Below, piece after piece: positions 34,976-44,774 of a stretch of 64,000 nt of DNA. Within the stretch, counting starts at the first letter, position 1. Every line of letters begins with the position of its first letter. This DNA is from Patescibacteria group bacterium (GTDB lineage: Bacteria > Patescibacteriota > Patescibacteriia > UBA9570 > JAHJKD01). The notes below the pieces were generated by a model that worked only from the letters and a program-made list of their open reading frames with translations, was not told the origin of the DNA and searched no databases. The DNA lies in assembly GCA_043798935.1 (NCBI GenBank), contig JAZDOC010000022.1, positions 15,299 through 79,298 on the forward strand. Direction: 5' to 3'. The position numbers were made by a program, and so were the translations under genes.

Positions 34976-36495
34976 AACAACCGATTATTTTAGCCATTAT
35001 GGATGGTTGGGGAATGGCCCCGGCCAATAAAGGTAATGCCATTACTTTGGCCAAGACGCCAAATTTAGATTATCTAAATAAAGAATATCCACATACACTC
35101 TTAAGAGCTTCTGGTTCAGTCGTGGGCTTGCCGATTGAACAAGACGGGAACTCTGAAGCCGGGCACATGAATATCGGCGCCGGTCGCATTGTTGAGCAAG
35201 ACGCCATGATTGTTAATCATCATATCTACGACGGCACTTTTTATAAAAATGCGGCTCTGCAAACCGCGATTGACCACGCTCAGTCTAATAAATCACGTCT
35301 TCATTTAATGGGTCTATTAACCGACGGTATGAGCGCTCATGCTTATCCGGATCATGTTTATGCGCTTTTAGATTTATTACGCAAAAAAGGAGTAAAAGAA
35401 GTTTATTTGCATTTATTTACCGATGGTCGTGATGCACCACAACATGATGCTATAAAATATCTGCGTCGCCTGGAAAGTTTTTTTTCTAATGGTGAAAAAA
35501 TTGCTACCATCATGGGTCGGTATTTTGCCATGGAGCGTAATAAGCGCTGGGACATTACAGAACAGGCTTACAATCTTTTAACTCTGGGTGAATCAGTGCA
35601 TCAAGCCAAAGATGCAGAATCAGCAATTTTAAGAGCTTATAATCAAAATAAAACTGATGAGTTTATCGAGCCGACTTTAATTGATAAAAAAGGATTAATT
35701 CAAGATAATGATTCAGTTATATTTTTTAATCTGCGATCCGATCGCACTCGTCAGTTATCCAAAGCTTTTGTTCAACCCGAATTTAATAAAAAAAATCCGG
35801 GATCATTTATTCGTAAGAAAATTATTAAAAATTTAAAATTCGTGGCCATGACAGATTTTGGCCCGGATTTAGACCATATATTAAGCGCTTTTCCGTCGGT
35901 TGATGTGCCCGATACTTTGCCCATGGAATTAGCCGGTAAAAAACAACTTTATATTGCCGAGAGCGAAAAATACGCGCATGTCACTTATTTTTTTAATGGC
36001 GGATATGCTGAAACCGTTGGCGGGGAAGATCGAGTAAAAATTCCTTCACCCGACGTAAACAGGTACGACCAGGCTCCGGAAATGAGTGCGGCTAAAATTA
36101 CAAAAACTGTTGTGGATTTTATTAAACAAGATGCTTACGATTTTTATTGCATTAATTATGCCAATCCCGATATGGTCGCTCACACCGGAAACCTTGAAGC
36201 CAGCATCAAGGCTTGTGAATTTATTGATAAACAAATTGGCGAACTTTATAAACAAGTTAAAAATAAAAACGGTATTTTAATTATAACGGCTGATCATGGC
36301 AATGCTGAAGAGCTAATTAATCTTGAGACCGGTGAAGTAGACACGAAACATTCCACTAATCTCGTGCCGTTTATCGTCACGAAAAAGAATTTAAATCTTA
36401 AAAAAAATGGATGCTTAGGATGTATAGCGCCCACTATTTTAAAATTATTTAATTTACCGCCAGCTAAATTGATGAGCGAAAAATCTTTATGTTAA
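34972..36495 (+). CDS. gpmI: 2,3-bisphosphoglycerate-independent phosphoglycerate mutase, copy 1
   Basis: ILAIMDGWG, the GNSEAGH catalytic Ser motif and the C-terminal ITADHGNAE. Confidence 0.85.
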   Translation: MKQPIILAIMDGWGMAPANKGNAITLAKTPNLDYLNKEYPHTLLRASGSVVGLPIEQDGNSEAGHMNIGAGRIVEQDAMIVNHHIYDGTFYKNAALQTAIDHAQSNKSRLHLMGLLTDGMSAHAYPDHVYALLDLLRKKGVKEVYLHLFTDGRDAPQHDAIKYLRRLESFFSNGEKIATIMGRYFAMERNKRWDITEQAYNLLTLGESVHQAKDAESAILRAYNQNKTDEFIEPTLIDKKGLIQDNDSVIFFNLRSDRTRQLSKAFVQPEFNKKNPGSFIRKKIIKNLKFVAMTDFGPDLDHILSAFPSVDVPDTLPMELAGKKQLYIAESEKYAHVTYFFNGGYAETVGGEDRVKIPSPDVNRYDQAPEMSAAKITKTVVDFIKQDAYDFYCINYANPDMVAHTGNLEASIKACEFIDKQIGELYKQVKNKNGILIITADHGNAEELINLETGEVDTKHSTNLVPFIVTKKNLNLKKNGCLGCIAPTILKLFNLPPAKLMSEKSLC

Positions 36496-38075
36496 ACGAA
36501 CCTTTTCCAGTAGTATTATTAATTCTTGATGGTTTTGGTATAGCCACGCCCTCGCGCGGGAATGCAATTAGTATGGCTTATACGCCTAATTTTACCAACC
36601 TTATAAATACTTATCCGGCTACAACATTGCAAGCATCGGGTGAAATGGTAGGGTTGCCGTTTGCTGAAATGGGTAACAGCGAGGTCGGGCATTTAAATAT
36701 TGGTGGTGGCCGGAAAGTTGATCAAAATTTACAGCTTTTGAACAATAAAATCATGGACAACAGTTTTGCTGAAAATCAGGCTTTTGCCAAAGCTATCCAG
36801 CATGTAAAAAATAATAATTCCCGCTTGCATATTATGGGTCTTACTAGTGAAGGCGGTATTCATAGTGCGCTTAATCATCTTTATGCTCTGCTTGAAATAT
36901 GTCAGCAACAGGAAATTAAAGAAGTATATATTCATGCATTTTTAGATGGTCGAGACACAGCTCACAACAGTGGTTTAAAATATATTTCTGATTTAGAAAA
37001 TCGCATGCGATCCATGGGCGTGGGTAAAATTGCTAGTTTAGCCGGTCGGTTTTATGCCATGGATAGAGATAATCATTGGGATCGAATTGCCAAAGCTTAT
37101 CGTGCTATGGTTTTAGGCCAAGCCGACTACCAAGCTGACAATGCCTTACAAGCCATTGAAGATTCATATCATCGGCAAGTATTTGATGAAGAATTCATTC
37201 CCACCGTTATTACTGACCAAGGCAAACCCGTAGCCACGATTCAAGATAATGACTCCTTAATATTTATTAACTTTCGAGCTGATCGTGCCCGCCAGATGAC
37301 TAAAGCTTTTTGCTTGCCTGGTTTTGATAAATTTTCAGAGCACAGTTATATGCGTAATTTGTGTTTTGCGACCATGATGGAGTATGAAAAAAATTTACCG
37401 GTTAATGTAGCATTTTTTCCGGATAAAATAAACATGCCACTGGCGCGAGTTATCTCTGAAGCCGGCTTGCGTCAAATTCATATTGCCGAAACGGAAAAAT
37501 ACGCTCACGTCACTTTCTTCTTTAATGGTGGTCGAGAAGAGGCGTTTACTAATGAAGATCGGGTAATTATTCCATCTCCGGCAGTATCGAGCTATGCCCA
37601 AGCGCCACAAATGAGCGCTATGTCCGTAAAAGATAAAATTGTTGAAGCCATTAACGGTGGCGAGTATCATTTTATTTTGGCTAACTTTGCCAATGCCGAT
37701 ATGGTGGGTCATACGGGCGATATTGCAGCCGCAAAAATTGCCGTAGAAACATTAGATAGATGTTTAGGCGAAATTGTTCCGGCGTTATTAAATACTAATG
37801 GTACTTTAATTATTACGGCTGATCATGGTAATGCCGAAGAAATGCTAAATTTAGTGGACGGTAATATTAATAAAGAACACTCTACTAATCCGGTGCCGTT
37901 TATTTTAGTTGGACGTCGCTGGATGGGAAGAAAAAATATGTGGCCAACTACCATGGCCGGAGATTTAAGCTATAACATTCCATCAGGCGTACTATCTGAT
38001 ATCGCACCCACAGTTTTAAATATTATGAATTTACCGATTCCGGCCGAGATGACACAAGCATCATTATTAAGATAA
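36489..38075 (+). CDS. gpmI: 2,3-bisphosphoglycerate-independent phosphoglycerate mutase, copy 2, a divergent tandem paralog
   Basis: LLILDGFG, GNSEVGH and ITADHGNAE. Confidence 0.85.
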   Translation: MLNEPFPVVLLILDGFGIATPSRGNAISMAYTPNFTNLINTYPATTLQASGEMVGLPFAEMGNSEVGHLNIGGGRKVDQNLQLLNNKIMDNSFAENQAFAKAIQHVKNNNSRLHIMGLTSEGGIHSALNHLYALLEICQQQEIKEVYIHAFLDGRDTAHNSGLKYISDLENRMRSMGVGKIASLAGRFYAMDRDNHWDRIAKAYRAMVLGQADYQADNALQAIEDSYHRQVFDEEFIPTVITDQGKPVATIQDNDSLIFINFRADRARQMTKAFCLPGFDKFSEHSYMRNLCFATMMEYEKNLPVNVAFFPDKINMPLARVISEAGLRQIHIAETEKYAHVTFFFNGGREEAFTNEDRVIIPSPAVSSYAQAPQMSAMSVKDKIVEAINGGEYHFILANFANADMVGHTGDIAAAKIAVETLDRCLGEIVPALLNTNGTLIITADHGNAEEMLNLVDGNINKEHSTNPVPFILVGRRWMGRKNMWPTTMAGDLSYNIPSGVLSDIAPTVLNIMNLPIPAEMTQASLLR

Positions 38076-38083
38076 AAAATATT

Positions 38084-39043
38084 ATGAAATACGACGTAGT
38101 GTGCATGGGTTCGTGTGTAAGAGATATTGTTTTTTACACCAGTGAAGCCGAGTTTCTGAAAAATCCTAAAAATGATCCCACTAAAGTTTTTTTATTGGGG
38201 TTCGAGTATGGCGCAAAAATAAAAAGTGATGAAGTTTATTATTCGTTTGGCGGCGGCGCTGCCAACACGGCCATTAATTTTGCCAACTTGAATTTAAAAA
38301 CCGCCATTATATCGGCTGTAGGGGATGATGGTCTGGGCGCAGAAATAATTAATCGTTTAAAACAAAAAAAAGTCGATTCAAAATTTATCAGCGTGGAAAA
38401 AAAATTACCAACTGGCCTATCTTTTTTAGTGGTCGATAAAAATTCTAACGAACATGTGGTTTTAGTCTCTTACGGGGCAAATAACGGGCTCAAAAAAATA
38501 CCCCATATTGATACCAAATGGCTCTATGTTTCTTCATTAAGCACAAATAAATGGGCGCATCTAATGGATGAAGCTATTAGAACCAAAGTGCAAATTGCTT
38601 GGAACCCGGGAGCTACACAGTTAAAAGCAGGCTACATGAAACTAAAAAAATATTTTAAATATACTGATGTCTTATTACTTAATAAAGACGAGGCCATAGA
38701 GCTTTGTCTTTCAGCTGGAATTAAATTAAAAAAATGGGATGAAAAAAAATTAGCCGAAATTATTTGGAGCTGGGGAGTTGGGCTTGTATCCATTACCGAC
38801 GGCATAAAAGGTGTTTGGGTTTATTATGCTAATAAACATTATTATAAAAAACCGCATCACGGTAAACCAAAAGATACTACTGGCGCCGGTGATTGTTTTG
38901 GTTCAACTTTAATTGCCGGGTTAATTAAAACCAAAGGCGATATTAACAAGTCTTTAGACCTGGCTATAAAAAATTCTTCAGCTTTAGTTTTTAAACCTGG
39001 CGCACAAGAAGGTTTATTAACCTGGCAAGAGCTTAATAAATAA
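38084..39043 (+). CDS. PfkB/ribokinase-family sugar kinase
   Basis: GGGAANTA and DTTGAGDCF motifs. Confidence 0.7.
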   Translation: MKYDVVCMGSCVRDIVFYTSEAEFLKNPKNDPTKVFLLGFEYGAKIKSDEVYYSFGGGAANTAINFANLNLKTAIISAVGDDGLGAEIINRLKQKKVDSKFISVEKKLPTGLSFLVVDKNSNEHVVLVSYGANNGLKKIPHIDTKWLYVSSLSTNKWAHLMDEAIRTKVQIAWNPGATQLKAGYMKLKKYFKYTDVLLLNKDEAIELCLSAGIKLKKWDEKKLAEIIWSWGVGLVSITDGIKGVWVYYANKHYYKKPHHGKPKDTTGAGDCFGSTLIAGLIKTKGDINKSLDLAIKNSSALVFKPGAQEGLLTWQELNK

Positions 39044-39059
39044 TTTCCAATTTTCAATT

Positions 39060-40001
39060 ATGCAGGCAAAAGTTGATCATGAGTTTTTTATAAGGCAGGC
39101 TTTCTTACAAGCTGAAAAGGGGCGGGGGCAAGTTTCGCCTAATCCTTTAGTGGGTGCAATTATTGTAAAAGACGGAATAATTTTAGCTCGCGGTTATCAT
39201 CATAAATTTCAAGGCATTCACGGGGAAGTCGATGCTATAAACAAAGCTTTAAAAAAACATGGCCATAAGAAATTAAAAGGCGCTAGTTTATATGTAAACT
39301 TAGAGCCGTGCGCCCATTACGGCAGTAATCCACCTTGCACCGATATTATTTCCAGTTATAATTTTAAACAAGTTATATTTTCAAATTTAGATCCGAATCC
39401 ACTGGTAAACGGAAAAGGTAAAAGAGCTTTAAGAAAGTTTAATATTAATGTGATTGACAAAATTTTAGAATCTGAAGGCAAAGAATTAAACAAAGTGTAT
39501 TTCAAAAGCATTACTCAAAAAATGCCGTTTATTTATTTAAAAACAGCCTTAAGTTTAGACGGTAAAATTACTCACCCCAATAACAAATATATTAGTTCCA
39601 AACCGGCTTTGCAATATGTGCATGAGCTAAGAAGCCAAGTAGATGCTATTTTAGTAGGGTATAATACTAATGTTATAGATAAACCAAAATTAACTTGTCA
39701 CATTAAAGGTAAAAGAAATCCAAAAAAACTTATTTTGCCAAAAAACAAAATTGATTTAGTAAAATATTTGCATGATTTATACATGAAAGGAATTTGCAGT
39801 ATTTTGGTTGAGGGTGGTAGCCAAGTTATTACAAGTTTTTTAGAACAACAATTAGCTGATAAAGTAATTTTAATATATACGCCGGAAATATTTGGCAAAC
39901 AACAGCTTAACTATTGCCAAAAGCTGTCTAAAGTAGTTAAATTACAACAAATTCAAACCAAAATTTTAGGAAAAAATATCATAATTGAAGGATATGCTTG
40001 A
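39060..40001 (+). CDS. ribD: Riboflavin biosynthesis deaminase/reductase
   Basis: CMP/dCMP deaminase zinc site (HGEVDAI...EPCAHYG...PPC) followed by a RibD reductase domain. Confidence 0.8.
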   Translation: MQAKVDHEFFIRQAFLQAEKGRGQVSPNPLVGAIIVKDGIILARGYHHKFQGIHGEVDAINKALKKHGHKKLKGASLYVNLEPCAHYGSNPPCTDIISSYNFKQVIFSNLDPNPLVNGKGKRALRKFNINVIDKILESEGKELNKVYFKSITQKMPFIYLKTALSLDGKITHPNNKYISSKPALQYVHELRSQVDAILVGYNTNVIDKPKLTCHIKGKRNPKKLILPKNKIDLVKYLHDLYMKGICSILVEGGSQVITSFLEQQLADKVILIYTPEIFGKQQLNYCQKLSKVVKLQQIQTKILGKNIIIEGYA

Positions 40002-41184
40002 TAAAATAGAAAAAGCTATTAAAGATATTAAAGCCGGCAAAATAGTAGTTGTGCTTGATGACGAAAACCGTGAAAATGAGGGTGATCTTATTATGGCGGC
40101 TGAAAAAGTTAAATCCGAACATATAAATTTTATGGCAATTCATGGCCGGGGCTTGATTTGCGTCCCCATGGAAGCTGGCGAATTAAATCGTTTAGAGTTA
40201 AAACCAATGGTCGAGAAAAATACTGAAGCTCATGGCACTGGCTTTACTGTTTCAGTCGACGCCAAAGCCAAAACTTCTACTGGTATTTCTGCTCGAGACC
40301 GCGCTACCACAATAAAAACTTTAATTAGTAAAAAAGCTAAACCTCAAGATCTTTTACGACCTGGCCATATTTTTCCTTTACAAGCCAGGCCGGGCGGTGT
40401 TTTGGAGCGGGTTGGCCACACTGAAGCCGCAGTTGATTTGGCACGGCTGGCTGGCTCAAAACCGGCCGGTGTAATTTGTGAAATTATGAACACCGACGGC
40501 ACAATGGCACGGCTGACAGATTTAATTAAATTTTCAAAACTTCATAAACTAACAATTATTTCTATTGCCGATTTAATTAAATATCGCAAAAAACAGGAAA
40601 AATTAATTACTAAACTGGTCGAAACAAAAATACCCACAGCTTATGGCGAATTTAAAATCATTGTTTATGAATCAAAAATAGATAACTATCAGCACTTAGC
40701 TATTATCAAAGGAAATATTAGAAATAAAAAGAATGTATTAGTGCGCGTGCATAGCGAATGCTTTACCGGTGATATATTAAAATCAAAAAAATGTGATTGT
40801 GGAGAACAGCTCGACTCGGCCATGAAAAAAATTGCTCACAAAAAACAAGGAGTGATTTTATATATGCGCCAAGAGGGAAGAGGCATCGGGCTGGTTAATA
40901 AATTGCACGCTTATTGCTTACAAGCCAAAGGCAGAGATACGGTTGAAGCCAATCATGAACTGGGTTTTAAAGATGATTTAAGAGATTATGGCATCGGCGC
41001 TCAAATTCTCGCTGATTTAGGTTTAACTTCCATTAATTTATTAACCAATAATCCACGAAAAGTAGTGGGGCTTGAAGCATATAACTTAAAAATTACTAAA
41101 ATAATTCCACTAAAAATAAAACCAAATAAATATAATAAAAAGTATTTGCAAGTTAAAAAGAAGAAATTAGGGCATAATTTATAA
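39985..41184 (+). CDS. ribBA: Bifunctional 3,4-dihydroxy-2-butanone-4-phosphate synthase / GTP cyclohydrolase II
   Basis: RibB N-terminus (RENEGDLIMAAE) and a RibA C-terminus with the CxxC...C zinc site (HSECFTGD...CDCG). Confidence 0.85.
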   Translation: MKDMLDKIEKAIKDIKAGKIVVVLDDENRENEGDLIMAAEKVKSEHINFMAIHGRGLICVPMEAGELNRLELKPMVEKNTEAHGTGFTVSVDAKAKTSTGISARDRATTIKTLISKKAKPQDLLRPGHIFPLQARPGGVLERVGHTEAAVDLARLAGSKPAGVICEIMNTDGTMARLTDLIKFSKLHKLTIISIADLIKYRKKQEKLITKLVETKIPTAYGEFKIIVYESKIDNYQHLAIIKGNIRNKKNVLVRVHSECFTGDILKSKKCDCGEQLDSAMKKIAHKKQGVILYMRQEGRGIGLVNKLHAYCLQAKGRDTVEANHELGFKDDLRDYGIGAQILADLGLTSINLLTNNPRKVVGLEAYNLKITKIIPLKIKPNKYNKKYLQVKKKKLGHNL

Positions 41185-41199
41185 TTATTTTAAAAAAAT

Positions 41200-42009
41200 A
41201 TGAATGAAGATTTATTAAGAACAATTAGTATGCGACAAAACAATGAGGGGGATAAAACATTATTATCTCCTGAAGACTCCAAATATAAACAGGCAGAATT
41301 AATGCCGGCAGTTGAAGCTCAACTTGAAAAAATGCAAAAACATCCGGTCGTTCAAAAAATAGAAGAAATTTTAAAAGATCCAAAAATACAAGCTCTAAAA
41401 TATCATAATCGAGATCATACCATAGATGTAGTAAAGGAAGCAATTTTAATGGCACTATATGCAAATGAATTAGTAGCTAAAGGTGAAATGGATGCTAGTG
41501 AAGAATTCACAGAAAAAGATCTTGAGATGCTAGCTCTAGCTGCCTATGCACACGACATTGGTTTTTTAGTTGACGCAACAAAACAATTAGATAAAAACAA
41601 AACCGGCCACGAAGAAGTTGGTGCACAATTATTTTTATTTCAATTAGCAGAAGGTTCGAATTTAACTAGGCAGGAAGTAATGGTTATCAGCGAAGCCATT
41701 AAAGCCACGGAAGTTAAATTTGACACTAGCAGAGGTTGTTTATTGCAAACTCAAGATCCTAAAAATAAAATTGCCCGAGTTTTAATGGATGCGGATGTGG
41801 CAAATTTTGGCCGTGAAGATAGGAGTGATTGCACTATGCGATATGCAAAAGAACTAGGAATATCAGATGAAAAAATGTCGGTGTTTAAACAATCAACATT
41901 AAGTATGATGCGCAATCATTCTTGGCAATCCGTTGCTGGAAGAGAATTACGAGAATCACAAAAAAGATTAAATATAATAGCTTTACAATCAGATATCCAA
42001 AGTGCATGA
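41200..42009 (+). CDS. HD-domain phosphohydrolase
   Basis: H..HD motif (YHNRDHTIDV) and a second HD (AAYAHDIGF). Confidence 0.5.
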   Translation: MNEDLLRTISMRQNNEGDKTLLSPEDSKYKQAELMPAVEAQLEKMQKHPVVQKIEEILKDPKIQALKYHNRDHTIDVVKEAILMALYANELVAKGEMDASEEFTEKDLEMLALAAYAHDIGFLVDATKQLDKNKTGHEEVGAQLFLFQLAEGSNLTRQEVMVISEAIKATEVKFDTSRGCLLQTQDPKNKIARVLMDADVANFGREDRSDCTMRYAKELGISDEKMSVFKQSTLSMMRNHSWQSVAGRELRESQKRLNIIALQSDIQSA

Positions 42010-42782
42010 TAAAAATTACCGGCTCAATAATAAAAAAAATAAAAAAACCACTAGCCAAAGCACATAAAGGCGATAATGGTATTTTAACTATTATTGCTGG
42101 TTCAAAAAAATATCATGGTGCGCCACTTTTAGCCATTAATATTGCTAGTCGTTTTGTTGATCTGGTGTATTTTTATTCTAACGCCGAAAATCAAAAATTA
42201 GCAAACAAATTAAAATTAAAATCCAGCTGTTTTATCAATATCACTAATGAGGTGAATCTCGAGACGAGTTTGCTTAAATCAGATGCCATATTAATTGGAT
42301 CCGGTTTAGAAGTTAATAAGAAAAATAAATTATTAATCAACAAGATAATTAAAAAAAATAAAAATAAAAAATTTATTTTAGATGCTGGGGCACTAGCCAT
42401 AATAAATAAGATAAATTTATCTCATAATATAATAATTACGCCGCATGCTGATGAGTACAAGCAATTATTTGGAAAAATGTCACCACTTGAAGTAGTTAAA
42501 AAATATAAAATCACGTTAGTTTTAAAAGGAAAAACCGACATAGTAGCCACAAGTAAAAAAATGTATTATAATACAACCGGAAACAGCGGAATGACAAAAG
42601 GGGGAACCGGCGACGTATTAGCCGGTCTTATTGCGGCCTTAGCGTGCAATAATAATGCGCTTTTAGCCTCTTGTGCCGGTGTGTATTTAAATGGTTTAGC
42701 CGGAGATGCATTAAAAAAGAAAGTAGGCTATTTTTATAATGCTGACGATTTGCTAAAAATAATTCCTCAATTTATAAAATAA
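42006..42782 (+). CDS. nnrD: ADP-dependent NAD(P)H-hydrate dehydratase (YjeF C-terminal domain)
   Basis: KGDNGILTIIAGS and GGTGDVLAGLIAAL motifs. The ATG at 42006 overlaps the upstream stop in an ATGA arrangement. The ORF track begins earlier, at 41922. Confidence 0.65.
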   Translation: MIKITGSIIKKIKKPLAKAHKGDNGILTIIAGSKKYHGAPLLAINIASRFVDLVYFYSNAENQKLANKLKLKSSCFINITNEVNLETSLLKSDAILIGSGLEVNKKNKLLINKIIKKNKNKKFILDAGALAIINKINLSHNIIITPHADEYKQLFGKMSPLEVVKKYKITLVLKGKTDIVATSKKMYYNTTGNSGMTKGGTGDVLAGLIAALACNNNALLASCAGVYLNGLAGDALKKKVGYFYNADDLLKIIPQFIK

Positions 42783-42795
42783 TTTTCAATAAAGC

Positions 42796-43719
42796 ATGAG
42801 CCCTAAGAAAAAAAACAACATTGTTTTATTCTCCGGAACAACCAATAAATCTTTAGCGAGAAAAATTGCCAAAGAGTTGGATGTAAAATTAGGCAAAGTA
42901 GTCATTAAGCATTTCTCGGACGGTGAAACGTATGTTAACGTCGAAGAAGACGTGAAAAATAAAAAAGTTTATTTTATTCAAAGCGGATCATATCCGGCCA
43001 ATGAAAGCTTGATGGAATTAATTATCATGTTGCACGCGTTAAAAAATAATTTATCACCTAAAAAGGTTATTGCAGTTGTGCCTTTTTATCCGTATCGACG
43101 TATGGAAAAAACCGTGGAGGCGGGTGAATCGCTGACTTTTGAATTAGTCGCTGATCTTCTTAAAACCGCCGGTATCGATAAAATTATTTGCATGGATTTA
43201 CACAAGCACCGATCCAAAAGATTTTTTAAATTCCAACGGCGCGAGCTTTTTGCCATGAGCGCAATTATAGAATATTTAAAAAAGAAAGATCTCAGCAACA
43301 TGGTTATTTTAGCACCCGATAAAGGTTCAATGCCGGAATCAAAAAAATATGCCAAAGCTTTAAACATTCCAATTGTTAAAGCTTACAAAAAAAGAAAGAA
43401 ACACGATGAGGCAATCATTAAAAAAATAGTGGGCGAAGTAAAAGACAAAGATGTAATAATCATTGATGACGAAATAAACACTGCCGGAACACTGGTGGGT
43501 GTTGTTAATGCCATAAAAGAACATGGCGCGCGCGATATTTATTTTGCTTGCACTCATCCGGTTTTATCAGGTCCGGCCATTGAACGCCTGAAAAATTCAT
43601 GCATTAAGGAAGTGGTCGTCACTGATACTATCGAACTGCCCGAAGAAAAATTAATCGATAAAATTAAAGTAATTTCCGTAGCCAAGATTTTTGCTGATGC
43701 CATTAGTAACGATCGATAA
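42796..43719 (+). CDS. prs: Ribose-phosphate pyrophosphokinase
   Basis: PRPP-binding loop VIIIDDEINTAGTL and N-terminal Prs motifs. Confidence 0.8.
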   Translation: MSPKKKNNIVLFSGTTNKSLARKIAKELDVKLGKVVIKHFSDGETYVNVEEDVKNKKVYFIQSGSYPANESLMELIIMLHALKNNLSPKKVIAVVPFYPYRRMEKTVEAGESLTFELVADLLKTAGIDKIICMDLHKHRSKRFFKFQRRELFAMSAIIEYLKKKDLSNMVILAPDKGSMPESKKYAKALNIPIVKAYKKRKKHDEAIIKKIVGEVKDKDVIIIDDEINTAGTLVGVVNAIKEHGARDIYFACTHPVLSGPAIERLKNSCIKEVVVTDTIELPEEKLIDKIKVISVAKIFADAISNDR

Positions 43720-43721
43720 TT

Positions 43722-44333
43722 ATGAAATTGCCTTCGCGTAATGAGTGTCAAAAAATATTCAATAAATATCATACACCGGTTCACATCATTAAACATTCTT
43801 TAGCCGTTAATAAAGTAGCAAATTATTTGGCTAAAAAATTAGTAATAGCAGGATGTAAAATAAATTTAGATTTAGTTGATCGGGCTTCACTGCTTCATGA
43901 TACTATTCGAGTAGCTGATATTAAAGGCGATTTGTTTGCTTATACGGATAAAAGCGATGAAACTAAAACTAACTTATTGTTCTGGCAAAAATTACAGAAA
44001 AAATTTCATAATCAACATCACGCCGAAGCCAGCTACCAAATATTTAAAAAGCAATATCTGGAAATGGCGCGAGTAATCAAAAAACATCGTTTAAGTGCAA
44101 TTTTGCGAGGTGAATTAAAAACCTGGGAAGAAAAAATCGTTTATTATGCCGATAAAAGAGTTGACCACGACAAGTTTGTATCAATAAAAAAAAGATTAAG
44201 CCAGGGCAGGAAAAGATGGCACTCAGTACCAAATACGCTTGATAATCAAGAACTGCTTAAACAGCTCACGGCACTGGAAAAACAAATTTTTTCAGCAATT
44301 AAAGTTAAACCCCAAAAAATAAATGATCTATAA
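43722..44333 (+). CDS. HD-domain protein
   Basis: HS..V...A...A and LLHDTIR motifs. Confidence 0.5.
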   Translation: MKLPSRNECQKIFNKYHTPVHIIKHSLAVNKVANYLAKKLVIAGCKINLDLVDRASLLHDTIRVADIKGDLFAYTDKSDETKTNLLFWQKLQKKFHNQHHAEASYQIFKKQYLEMARVIKKHRLSAILRGELKTWEEKIVYYADKRVDHDKFVSIKKRLSQGRKRWHSVPNTLDNQELLKQLTALEKQIFSAIKVKPQKINDL

Positions 44334-44772
44334 AGGTAAATTACCGGTTAAAAATGTTAAAAGCGTTGGCGCCATTATTATAAATGACCAGCAAAAAGTT
44401 TTAATTTTATTTCAAAAACAAAATCGATATTGGGAGTTTCCTAAAGGCAAAGTAGAGCTGGGCGAGGAAAATGATGAATTAGATACATTACGCCGGGAAA
44501 TTTTTGAAGAAGCTGGTTTAAAAAAAATAAAAGTTATCAAAGAATTCAGACATGGCTTCAATTACCAGTTTAAATTTGACAATTTTTTAATTAAAAAAAA
44601 TAATATTTTTTATTTAGCGAAAACTATTGAACCTGAAGAAGTGGTTCTGTCTGATGAACATTTAGAGTATAAGTGGGTAAGCTTACCAGCTGTAAATCGT
44701 TTTTTTAAACATAAAAATCAACGAGTGTTAATTTATAAATTAAGAGAATTTTTATCTCCGCCCGGCAAATAA
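44323..44772 (+). CDS. NUDIX hydrolase
   Basis: Nudix box GKVELGEENDELDTLRREIFEEAG. Confidence 0.6.
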   Translation: MIYKGKLPVKNVKSVGAIIINDQQKVLILFQKQNRYWEFPKGKVELGEENDELDTLRREIFEEAGLKKIKVIKEFRHGFNYQFKFDNFLIKKNNIFYLAKTIEPEEVVLSDEHLEYKWVSLPAVNRFFKHKNQRVLIYKLREFLSPPGK

Positions 44773-44774
44773 CC

